Below the pieces are notes generated by a model, which made no database searches, was not told where the DNA came from, and saw nothing but the letters and a program-made list of their open reading frames with translations. This document shows positions 1 through 7,447 of a stretch of 39,468 bases of DNA, one piece after another. This DNA comes from a virus (Duplodnaviria; Caudoviricetes): positions 1 through 39,468 of the IMG/VR virus record IMGVR_UViG_3300048854_000051; one strand, given 5' to 3'. Made by a program: the position numbers and the translations under genes. How positions within the stretch are numbered: position 1 is the first letter of the stretch; the number at the start of each line of letters is the position of its first letter.

Positions 1-180
1 GCCGGTGAGCGTGGAGTCGCCGCCGCCGGTGAGCGTGGAGCCGTCGCCGCCGGTGAGCGTGGAGCCGTCGCCGCCGGTGAGCGTGGAGCCGTCGCCGCCG
101 GTGAGCGTGGAGTCGCCGCCGCCGGTGAGCGTGGAGCCGTAGCCGCCGGTGAGCGTGGAGCGGTTGCCGCCGGTGAGCGT
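1..180. repeat. 24-bp coding tandem repeat, left part (7 full units plus 1 partial)
   Basis: Unit gccggtgagcgtgga-N6-gcc; the minus strand encodes G-xx-STLTG with xx = DG, GD, YG or NR. Confidence 0.98.
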
Positions 181-564
181 CACACCAATGACAGCAACGC
201 TTGCGGCGCGCACTTCATTCTCCAGCAAGTACTGCGTAGCGCTGTGCTTATCGCCGATGTGACGGATGGTGCAGCGCGGGAATTTGACCTTGCCGCCCAA
301 GGCAATCATGTCGGCAATCACGACTTCGACGACGAGCCATTTGGCGTCGGGATGGCGAATACTGTCGCTCACACCGGCATCGCCTTGGCCATACAGCCAA
401 CCGTGCAGGCCATGTCCGCATTCGTCGTTCTTGATCCAGTCCGGCGCCTCAACCATTGCACCGACTTCGTTCGGCCACTGGAATTTCGAGTGACTGGTCA
501 GATCTGCAAAACAGGTTCTGAGTACAAGGGCCGTCTCGGGCGCCTTTACTTTCTTCGTTGCCAT
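1..564 (-). CDS. Ice-nucleation-protein (InaZ-family) homologue, N-terminal part; runs off the left end
   Basis: Manual translation from ATG 564 (SD AAGGAG upstream): MATKKVKAPETALVLRTCFADLTSHSKFQWPNEVGAMVEAPDWIKNDECGHGLHGWLYGQGDAGVSDSIRHPDAKWLVVEVVIADMIALGGKVKFPRCTIRHIGDKHSATQYLLENEVRAASVAVIGVTLTG followed by GxxSTLTG repeats. Motifs ALVLRTC, DAxWxVxEV and VKFPRxxxxHxGD match the recalled InaZ N-terminus. Confidence 0.88.
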   Translation of the reverse strand, partial: MATKKVKAPETALVLRTCFADLTSHSKFQWPNEVGAMVEAPDWIKNDECGHGLHGWLYGQGDAGVSDSIRHPDAKWLVVEVVIADMIALGGKVKFPRCTIRHIGDKHSATQYLLENEVRAASVAVIGVTLTGGNRSTLTGGYGSTLTGGGDSTLTGGDGSTLTGGDGSTLTGGDGSTLTGGGDSTLTG

Positions 565-859
565 TTCGTTCTCCTTGTAGGTATCGGCTTCCGAATGCTG
601 TCTGGGGGTACAAACAGCATTTGTGAAGCAGCCCAACTGAATCAGCAGCTGGGCGTTATTCGTGACCTTTCGGCGCTACTGGCGCGGTACGGGCTTTCCT
701 CGATGTCAAAGAACTTTGGTGCCAGTCGGTCCCTGGGTAGGGGCTGGGAGATCACTTCGCTGATCCCGGGCTATCTGGCGGCTTCACCAGTCGTGTGAGC
801 GGGACGCCTGAGTCCCTTCGCTGCCGAGGCCCTTTTGAGTACTTGGCGGCGATGGGGTA

Positions 860-911
860 ACATTACGCAATGTAATTATCACGGTCAACCCCTTTCAATA
901 CTATTTGTAAT
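860..911 (-). promoter_or_regulatory. PL promoter with two OL operators
   Basis: TTGACC (888-883) - 17 nt - TAATGT (865-860). Palindromes ATTAC-N5-GTAAT at 862-876 and AATAC-N5-GTAAT at 897-911 are the same motif found at OR. Confidence 0.75.
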
Positions 912-928
912 GTTTTTTCTTGGGGCGC

Positions 929-952
929 AAAAAAACCCGCTCAATGGCGGGT
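929..952 (-). terminator. Intrinsic terminator of the immunity (cI) operon
   Basis: ACCCGC-6nt-GCGGGT stem followed by a U run on the minus strand. Confidence 0.75.
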
Positions 953-971
953 CTCTTGGATCGTGGATTGA

Positions 972-1277
972 TTACGGTAGGAGGGGCTTGGTCTTCTTCT
1001 TAAGGCTGGCATCGATGATTAGGGCGGCTATCACAAGGACGCCAATCCCCCCTGGGTAGCCTATTTCCCCCTGTGTAAGCGCCATCAACATCGTCAGCAC
1101 GATCAGCACAACAATGACGATGTAGGTCACTCTGAACCACTTAGCCAGAGGAAATGTCTCGACATGCTGGCAATTTGGGCATGCGACCCTCTGAAAGCCG
1201 AGGAAAGTGCGTTTGGGATTGGCCTCAACTGGCTTGCTACAGGACCTGCAGGTGTAACTGATCGGTGAAAGCGCCAT
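972..1277 (-). CDS. Zn-ribbon plus two-TM membrane protein downstream of cI
   Basis: MALSPISYTCRSC...CPNC (two CxxC) then two hydrophobic segments. SD AGAGGA before ATG 1277; the ORF-track start at 1340 overlaps cI. Confidence 0.75.
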   Translation of the reverse strand: MALSPISYTCRSCSKPVEANPKRTFLGFQRVACPNCQHVETFPLAKWFRVTYIVIVVLIVLTMLMALTQGEIGYPGGIGVLVIAALIIDASLKKKTKPLLP

Positions 1278-1300
1278 ATCATATCCTCTTATGAGCTCGA

Positions 1301-2032
1301 TCACTTGCGTCTGGGTGAACGCCTGACCGTCGACCACCAAAACACACGGCCCAGCATTTTGACCTCGTCACGAAACTGGTCAGCAGTCATGATTTCGTCA
1401 GGAAAGTCGTCGGAGTTCTCGCTATGAACGCGAACAGCACCGCCGGGCAGCCTGAACAGATACTTCACACGCAACAGTCCGCCATGGTTGAAGGCGTAGA
1501 TCTCGCCATCAAAAATCGAGGTGTCATCGCTGTCAAAGCCAATCGTGGCTCCATCAAGGATGAGCCTTTCCATGCTCCTGCCGCGTAGTCTGGCGCATGC
1601 GGCACTTCTACAGTCAACGCCTGCCGCTCTCAGCGTTGCATTGCTGAAACGCAGCCGACGGTCGGCGATCTCGATCACCTCGGTCATTCCATTGCCTCCC
1701 GCAAACTCGACTTCATCGTAATAGGGGACTTCGCAATCGTCATCATCAAGCGGGTCGCCAGCGTCCCAGCCTGATATCTCGCCTATCAATTCTGCGTTGG
1801 ATTCTATCAGACGCGGCGGCAATGGTTGGTCATAGATCGGTATGGCTATGCCCATAGGCGGCAAGCCCACTGTAGTTAGGATCTTGGCGATGACTTCCAG
1901 GGACGGCTCGCGCCTTCCGCTTATCCAGTGAGCGACAGCTCCCTGCGTCACGCCAAGGGCGTCCGCGAGCTCGTGCTGGGGCATCTTGAGCTCTTTCATC
2001 CTGGCCTTCACCAGATCGTTCCATTTATTCAT
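1301..2032 (-). CDS. cI: CI-like repressor (XRE HTH plus S24 peptidase)
   Basis: HTH ELADALGVTQGAVAHWISGRREP; S24 motifs GRSME and LRVKYL. Real start MNKWNDL at 2032; divergent from cro. Confidence 0.93.
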   Translation of the reverse strand: MNKWNDLVKARMKELKMPQHELADALGVTQGAVAHWISGRREPSLEVIAKILTTVGLPPMGIAIPIYDQPLPPRLIESNAELIGEISGWDAGDPLDDDDCEVPYYDEVEFAGGNGMTEVIEIADRRLRFSNATLRAAGVDCRSAACARLRGRSMERLILDGATIGFDSDDTSIFDGEIYAFNHGGLLRVKYLFRLPGGAVRVHSENSDDFPDEIMTADQFRDEVKMLGRVFWWSTVRRSPRRK

Positions 2033-2039
2033 CTTAGCA

Positions 2040-2116
2040 ATATTACGCACTGTATTTGTGCCTTCAAGTGACAAAACGTAATTTCCCTTGCTCATTAAAA
2101 TTACTATGCGTAATAT
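2040..2116. promoter_or_regulatory. OR region: three operators, PR and probable PRM
   Basis: ATTAC-N5-GTAAT-like sites at 2042-2056, 2068-2082 and 2100-2114. PR is TTGCTC(2088)-17-TAATAT(2111). A minus-strand TAATAT at 2045-2040 lies ~7 nt from the cI ATG, suggesting a leaderless mRNA. Confidence 0.75.
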
Positions 2117-2141
2117 TTCCATAAGAGTATGGAGAACCCCC

Positions 2142-2369
2142 ATGTCAAATATGAAAGCAGTCCGCGAGAAAGCAGGTGTTACACAGGCGGGTCTGGCCGA
2201 GGCGGTTGGGCTGACACAGGGCGCCATTGCCCACTACGAAAACGAACGCCGTAAGCCAGGGCTTGACGAGTGTCGCCGCATTGTCGCCGCACTTAATTTG
2301 AGTGGGGCCCGCGTGACGCTGGATGACGTATTTCCACCAGCCCGAATCCATTCCAAATCAGCAGCCTAA
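2142..2369 (+). CDS. cro: Cro-like HTH protein
   Basis: 75 aa with HTH LAEAVGLTQGAIAHYENERRKP, whose recognition helix resembles that of CI; SD GGAG. Confidence 0.9.
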   Translation: MSNMKAVREKAGVTQAGLAEAVGLTQGAIAHYENERRKPGLDECRRIVAALNLSGARVTLDDVFPPARIHSKSAA

Positions 2370-2401
2370 TCCTTTTCCCATAAGCAAGGAGCACCACCCC
2401 T

Positions 2402-2617
2402 ATGCACGCAGATCCTTCAAATAAGCGCGATGCCGTTTGCAAACTTCGGTTCACACAGCGCACCAAGCGCCAGCTTCAGATGGAAGCAAAGATGGCTGGC
2501 ATGCAGCTGGCCACCTATCTGTTTGAGTTGGCACAGCTTGGCCGAGCTCATCGCGCCGCCGAAGTTGTTCGTGAAATCCATGGGGTGCGTGACCAAGACA
2601 ATCATAAGACGGCTTGA
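2402..2617 (+). CDS. Small putative DNA-binding regulator (cII position)
   Basis: SD AAGGAG; basic strand-helix-helix pattern; immediately after cro. Confidence 0.6.
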   Translation: MHADPSNKRDAVCKLRFTQRTKRQLQMEAKMAGMQLATYLFELAQLGRAHRAAEVVREIHGVRDQDNHKTA

Positions 2618-2635
2618 AGGCCCTCAGGAGGGGCT

Positions 2636-2854
2636 ATGCCCGAATTTGACTGCGAATTTAGTTCGCTCCCCGAGGAAGCCCAGCAAGAGATTCGAGAATT
2701 AGCCCGAGAGCTTGGATGGAGCCTTGATTTGGCGACTGAAGAGTACCTGTTGGCAGCCAGCTCAATAGCTGCATCAGGACGGGTTGTTCAGAACTCACGC
2801 AAAGCACCAGTACTGGAGCTTGTGAACCACAAAAAGGCCCTCGTTAAGGGCTGA
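2636..2854 (+). CDS. Hypothetical phage protein
   Basis: Strong SD GGAGG; 72-aa ORF in the operon direction. Confidence 0.7.
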   Translation: MPEFDCEFSSLPEEAQQEIRELARELGWSLDLATEEYLLAASSIAASGRVVQNSRKAPVLELVNHKKALVKG

Positions 2855-2940
2855 TTGCTACCGGAGAAGACCATGAACAAAGAATTGGTTGGGCTGATGC
2901 GCAGGACACCCAATCCAACCGTACCGCCAAATCGCAGGCG

Positions 2941-2970
2941 AAAAAAAACCACCTGGCCGGGTGGTTTCTT
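2941..2970. terminator. tR1-like hairpin
   Basis: AAACCACC-loop-GGTGGTTT stem flanked by A and T runs. Confidence 0.55.
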
Positions 2971-3105
2971 CAATTGCATTCGTTACAACACTGTGAGGTC
3001 GATTATGCACACCCAGACCGCTCCAAGCAATACCCCCGAACAATCCGCGACACGAATTGCTGAATTCGAAAACGTGTCGCGGATTTATTCGTTGGGAGTC
3101 AGATC

Positions 3106-3957
3106 ATGACAACCGACAACGTCGTTTCAATAAATCCTCGGGGGTTCACCCGAATGGACAACCAGCTGATGGATGGCCTGATCGCCATAGAACTTTCGGC
3201 GCGCGAGTTGAAGATCGTGCTGTACGTCGCCAAGGCAACGTTGAATTTTCAGGCGGGCGCTCGGCGCATCCCGGCAACGGCCATCGCCAAGGCTACTCAC
3301 ATTCACCCAGACACCGTGTCCAAGGCTATCTCCAGCTTGCTGCGTCGCCGGGTGCTGTACCGCGATGGTGGTGCTCGTGGCGATATCGGCGTTTGCGACC
3401 CGAAAGATTGGATATTCGTTACAGATCCGAAACAGACCATTTCGTCTGATTCGGCTCAAGTGGTCCGAATCGGATCTGATTCGAAACAGACCAAAACCGA
3501 CGACTCCCTTCTTTATTCTAAGAAAGTAAAACCCCCTATAACTCTTCCTTCGGAAGAGATTATTACCCCCCAAGCCGAAACGACCACGGCCAAGGCTGAT
3601 CGCAAAATCCCGTTCGGCAAGGTCCAGATGCTGGCCGACAACCCGCATCAGGTCTCCGAAACCCTGATCGATGATTACCTCGGTGTTCGCCGGGCGAAAA
3701 AAGCTCCGATGACCGCCAGGGTCTGGTCAGGTCTCAACGCCAAGCTGGAGCAGTGCAAGTCGTTTGGTGTCCTGCCGAACCACGCGATGACCATTGCCGT
3801 CGACAACGGATGGCAAGGTTTCGAGGTCGAGTGGATTACCAAGCGAGTCGCAGCACAGTCACCGTCCTCCGCTCAACCCAGTCGCCATACAAACTTCGCC
3901 GTCCGCGACTACAAAGCCGGGCTGACTCCTCGGGAGGATGGCTCGTATGACTTCTGA
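3106..3957 (+). CDS. Replication initiator, lambda O-like
   Basis: N-terminal GFTRMDNQLMDGL...LSARELKIVLYV motif, wHTH, position before the helicase loader. Confidence 0.88.
   Translation: MTTDNVVSINPRGFTRMDNQLMDGLIAIELSARELKIVLYVAKATLNFQAGARRIPATAIAKATHIHPDTVSKAISSLLRRRVLYRDGGARGDIGVCDPKDWIFVTDPKQTISSDSAQVVRIGSDSKQTKTDDSLLYSKKVKPPITLPSEEIITPQAETTTAKADRKIPFGKVQMLADNPHQVSETLIDDYLGVRRAKKAPMTARVWSGLNAKLEQCKSFGVLPNHAMTIAVDNGWQGFEVEWITKRVAAQSPSSAQPSRHTNFAVRDYKAGLTPREDGSYDF
3425..3535. other. Probable replication origin inside the initiator gene
   Basis: CGAAACAGACCA at 3428 and 3482, TCTGATTCG at 3445 and 3475, followed by an AT-rich tract (~3509-3531). Confidence 0.55.
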
Positions 3958-4762
3958 AGCCATCGACCTGACCGTCAACGATTTCGAGCGCCGGTTCTAT
4001 GTCATCGCCAAGAAGCTGGCCAACTGCGCAGTTCATGGTGATTACGCCTCGATCGTCCGCAGTAACAGCGATACGGCCAGCGGTTGCCCCGAATGTGCTG
4101 CTGACGTCCAGCGTGAGCGTGATCAGGAAGAACAGCGTGCGATGTACGCCCGGATCGCCGAAGAACGCCTTGAGCGCAAGCTGGGTGCCTCGCTGATTCC
4201 TAAGCGGTTCATGGGCAAGAATTTCGCCGACTTCATTGCCGACACTCCGGCTCAGAAAGCCAACCTGGCGAAATGCGTCGAATACGCCGAGCAATTCCCT
4301 CAGCACCTCGAAGACGGTCGTTGCATCGTCATGACCGGCACACCCGGCACCGGGAAGACGCATCTGGCCGCTGCTATCGCTGGCCACATCATCGTCAATC
4401 ACAACGCCACGGCCGTGTATCGCACCGTCGGCGGCCTGCTGCAGTTCATCAAGGGCAGCTATGGCGACCGCGCCGAATACACCGAGGGCCAAGCGTTCGC
4501 CAGTCTTGTCGAGCCATCGCTGCTGATCATCGACGAAGTGGGCGCCACCAAGCCGACCGAGTTCGAACTGGCCACCTTGTTCGCCGTGATCAACGGGCGC
4601 TACGAGGAACAGCTTCCGACCATCGTGATTTCCAACATCGATGCGAAAGAGCTCGGTGTTGTTCTGGGTGATCGCAGCGTAGACCGTCTTCGCGAGGGCC
4701 GCGGTATTGGTCTTGTGTTTGAAGGTGCGTCTGAGCGCAGCAAGAAGAGGACCGCGTCATGA
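3947..4762 (+). CDS. DnaC/IstB-like AAA+ helicase loader
   Basis: Walker A GTPGTGKT, Walker B LLIIDEVG, CxxHG...CPEC Zn motif, DRLRE. Confidence 0.92.
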   Translation: MTSEAIDLTVNDFERRFYVIAKKLANCAVHGDYASIVRSNSDTASGCPECAADVQRERDQEEQRAMYARIAEERLERKLGASLIPKRFMGKNFADFIADTPAQKANLAKCVEYAEQFPQHLEDGRCIVMTGTPGTGKTHLAAAIAGHIIVNHNATAVYRTVGGLLQFIKGSYGDRAEYTEGQAFASLVEPSLLIIDEVGATKPTEFELATLFAVINGRYEEQLPTIVISNIDAKELGVVLGDRSVDRLREGRGIGLVFEGASERSKKRTAS

Positions 4763-4929
4763 CTCAGCCCCAGCGAATCACGGTCACTCAACTCCAGGCC
4801 GAAGGCTTCGACATCACCCTGGAAGCCAAGGAAATCGTTCGCATGACCAAGGGCGCCGACAAGCGCGTGATCATGCAGGACGGCAGCCAGAAGCGCGCCC
4901 ATCACATCACTCGAAAGGAGCGCATCTGA
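4759..4929 (+). CDS. Hypothetical protein (56 aa, MTQPQRITV...)
   Basis: Manual translation; start and stop overlap both neighbours. Confidence 0.6.
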   Translation: MTQPQRITVTQLQAEGFDITLEAKEIVRMTKGADKRVIMQDGSQKRAHHITRKERI

Positions 4930-4987
4930 TGCCCGACTTCATCGACGAAACCCAAGAGCGCATGGATGCCGAGCCGAAGGTGACCCA

Positions 4988-5107
4988 ATGAAACTCCACC
5001 ACCTAATCCTAATCGCCGGCCTGTGCTACGGGATCATCGCCCTGAACGATGCTGAGCGCCGGGCTGATCAGTGCCATGTGGTTGTGCATTCGGAGGTGTT
5101 TCCATGA
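4988..5107 (+). CDS. Small hydrophobic protein (39 aa, MKLHHLILIAGLCYGIIAL...)
   Basis: Manual translation; ATGA coupling on both sides. Confidence 0.5.
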   Translation: MKLHHLILIAGLCYGIIALNDAERRADQCHVVVHSEVFP

Positions 5108-5520
5108 CCGAGTTCTCCCTCCGCAACACTCAGGACATGAACCGCCTGATCGGCTTCCTTCACGGTTCCGACCTGACCAAGCCGAAGAAGGTCGTCATCA
5201 AGGACGAAGACCGCAGCGGCGAACAGAACAAGGCGCTCCACGCCATGCTCGGCGATATCGCACGCCAGGTCGAACACGCCGGCAAGAAGTGGGACATCTT
5301 GATCTGGAAGCGCCTTCTGACCGCCGCCTGGCTACGCGAGGCTGGTGATCAGCCACAGATGATCCCTGCCGTCGACGGCCACGGCTTCGATGTGATCTAC
5401 GAGCGCACCTCAAAGCTTACTGTGAAGCAGTGCGCAAGCCTGTTGGAGTGGATTCAGGCATTCGGTAGCGAGCATCAGGTTCGCTGGACGCAGAAGGATC
5501 ACTGGGAGGGCCGGTACTGA
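5104..5520 (+). CDS. ninB: NinB/Orf recombination protein
   Basis: RSGEQNKALHAMLGDIARQV...WKRLLTAAW...RTSKLTVKQ motifs. Confidence 0.9.
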   Translation: MTEFSLRNTQDMNRLIGFLHGSDLTKPKKVVIKDEDRSGEQNKALHAMLGDIARQVEHAGKKWDILIWKRLLTAAWLREAGDQPQMIPAVDGHGFDVIYERTSKLTVKQCASLLEWIQAFGSEHQVRWTQKDHWEGRY

Positions 5521-5693
5521 TGAACGCCATCAAACGAATCATCCGCGCACTGGAGCAGGCCTATCTGTCTGGGCTGACTGCCGAGACTGGAGGATGGATC
5601 GCCTGCTCAGCCTGCAACGGTCAGCCCCTGAATCACACCTGGTGCAAGTCCTGCGGCGGCTACGGGAAGGTTCTGGAGTTTCCGAAATGCTGA
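5520..5693 (+). CDS. Small Zn-finger protein (57 aa)
   Basis: CSACNG...CKSCGGYG; coupled to ninB and ninG. Confidence 0.6.
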   Translation: MNAIKRIIRALEQAYLSGLTAETGGWIACSACNGQPLNHTWCKSCGGYGKVLEFPKC

Positions 5694-6274
5694 AGGCGGC
5701 GCCAGCGCGCAAGCCGAAAAGATGCCGTGTCGCGGAGTGCGGAGCCTCATTCATCCCTGCGCGGCTGGGCCAGGCGGTGTGCAGCCCGGCCTGCGCGATC
5801 AAGGATGCTCCGCGCCATCAGGCTAAAGCGCAGAAGTCGCTGGCTAAGGTTGAGCGCCGGGAGATCAAGGTTCGGAAAGAGAAGCTGAAGAGTCGTGCCG
5901 ACCACCTTCGCGACACCCAGCAAGCCGTGAACGAGTTCATACGGTGGCGTGACAAGGATCTGCCTTGTGTCAGCTGTGGCCGGCGCCACGCCGGCCAATA
6001 TCACGCAGGACACTATCGGACGACTGCCGCGCATCCAGAGCTTCGCTACGAGCCGCTCAACATCCACAAACAATGCGCCCCGTGCAACAACCACAAATCC
6101 GGCGACATCGTGAATTACCGCATCGAGTTGGTGAGGCGGATCGGCGCCGAACAGGTTGAATGGCTGGAAGGACCGCATGAGGCAAAGCGCTACACCGTCG
6201 AAGATTTGAAAGAGATCAAGGCTCGGTACCGGGCATTGACCAAAGAGCTGAAGGGTAAGGGGGAAGCGGCATGA
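5687..6274 (+). CDS. ninG: NinG/Rap endonuclease
   Basis: FIRWRD..LPCVSCG, YHAGHYR, NIHKQCAPCNNHKSG motifs. Confidence 0.93.
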   Translation: MLKAAPARKPKRCRVAECGASFIPARLGQAVCSPACAIKDAPRHQAKAQKSLAKVERREIKVRKEKLKSRADHLRDTQQAVNEFIRWRDKDLPCVSCGRRHAGQYHAGHYRTTAAHPELRYEPLNIHKQCAPCNNHKSGDIVNYRIELVRRIGAEQVEWLEGPHEAKRYTVEDLKEIKARYRALTKELKGKGEAA

Positions 6275-6636
6275 GACAGATAGATACGTACCACCTGTTG
6301 ACTCAATGGGGAATTTGGCTCCGTTATGGCGATGGACTGCCTCGGTACGTGTCTCCCCACTATGCGCTCATGCGCGATAATGTGGAGCAGCATTCAACCG
6401 CTCCGGTCGCGAGCATCGGTGACGACCTGTGCATGATGATGGACGGTATTGTGGCCAGGCTTAAATTGCGCAACGACCAGATGGGCAGGGCGGTGATTTA
6501 CAGGTATGCCTGGGGGATTAGCTACAGCGCCATCGCGAAAGGTTTGGGTGTCTCGAAACCGCGTGCCGAGTCGCTCGTAAAGTCAGGTGAGGTATGGGTT
6601 GATGCGGTTTTGGATGATCGGCTCGCCGCTGCTTGA
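6271..6636 (+). CDS. Q: Late antiterminator Q
   Basis: LLTQWGIW N-terminus, C-terminal HTH, directly before the late promoter and terminators. Confidence 0.8.
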   Translation: MRQIDTYHLLTQWGIWLRYGDGLPRYVSPHYALMRDNVEQHSTAPVASIGDDLCMMMDGIVARLKLRNDQMGRAVIYRYAWGISYSAIAKGLGVSKPRAESLVKSGEVWVDAVLDDRLAAA

Positions 6637-6673
6637 ATCGTCCGGACGTTACCTGTATATTTCTGTCCATATT
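6633..6673 (+). promoter_or_regulatory. Late promoter (PR'-like) with putative qut and pause elements
   Basis: TTGAAT(6633)-17-TATATT(6656); palindrome CGTCCGGACG in the spacer; -10-like CATATT at 6668. Confidence 0.65.
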
Positions 6674-6693
6674 GCGGTTTTACCGCTTCAGAG

Positions 6694-6776
6694 AGCCCGG
6701 CCATTGAGTCGGGCTTTTTTATGCCCAGAATTTACCTCTCCTTGAGGTCTTGGCCGCCCGCCTCGCGGCCTTTTTT
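6694..6776 (+). terminator. Two tandem intrinsic terminators (tR'-like)
   Basis: AGCCCGGC/GTCGGGCT plus T run (6694-6720); GGCCGC/GCGGCC plus T6 (6752-6776). Confidence 0.75.
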
Positions 6777-6793
6777 ATTCCCGGAGTAATGCC

Positions 6794-7168
6794 ATGGCCG
6801 AGCCAAGCAGCGCAGCAGTTGCGGCAGCGGCCGTTGTTGGTGTCACAGCAGCAAGTTTTGTCCCTGGTATCGATGTCAATGCGGTGGTTGGCTCATTTGC
6901 TGGCGCCATGTTCTTCGTGGTCTTCGCCAAGGAGCTGACACCGATAGCCCGGTTCGGCTACTTCATCGCGTCATGGATTCTTGGCTACTACGTGGCCAGT
7001 GAGATGATCGGCCGCGAATGGGCAAGAACGTCGGGGCTTGCCGCATTCTTCGGCGCCCTTTTCTGTGTAGTGGTCTGCATCAGCTTGTTGGAGTGGGTTC
7101 AAGGTGGCAAGACGCCGGGCTGGCTGCGATTCATCGCTGACCGCTTTGGAGGTCGTAATGGTAGTTGA
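6794..7168 (+). CDS. Putative holin
   Basis: MAEPSS start, 3-4 TM segments, first late gene. Confidence 0.75.
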   Translation: MAEPSSAAVAAAAVVGVTAASFVPGIDVNAVVGSFAGAMFFVVFAKELTPIARFGYFIASWILGYYVASEMIGREWARTSGLAAFFGALFCVVVCISLLEWVQGGKTPGWLRFIADRFGGRNGS

Positions 7169-7445
7169 TCCGTGGACACTCATTGCTGGCGCCCTGTGTG
7201 GTGCTATTTGCCTGCGTATCGCCGTATATCGCCGCGAAGGCGCTCGGTACCGTGCTGGCGTGTCGTGGATGGCATACCTGCTTGCGGTGGGGACTGGCTG
7301 TGAATCGCTATCCATTACCTTGTCGGCCTTGTTCGCCAAACCGATGCCCATGGTGTCCCCGTTTCTCCTGCTGGTGCTGATCGTCCTGCTGGTTCTGGTT
7401 TACCGGGCTCAGGGTAACGTTGCGCGCATCCTGAGAATGGATTAA
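7158..7445 (+). CDS. Phage holin-family protein
   Basis: Three TM segments; YRREGARYR and RAQGNVARIL motifs. Confidence 0.75.
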   Translation: MVVDPWTLIAGALCGAICLRIAVYRREGARYRAGVSWMAYLLAVGTGCESLSITLSALFAKPMPMVSPFLLLVLIVLLVLVYRAQGNVARILRMD

Positions 7446-7447
7446 GC

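Noticed and set aside
1-180. CRISPR array suggested by the regular repeats at both ends
   Set aside because: The variable part is only 6 nt and recurs, the period is a multiple of 3 within an open frame, and there are no cas genes.
244-798. 184-aa plus-strand ORF
   Set aside because: It is a shadow of the INP-like N-terminal domain and the PL leader, with no recognisable motifs.
2033-2227. N-terminal extension of CI in the ORF track
   Set aside because: It overlaps the operators and cro; the HTH domain starts at 2032.
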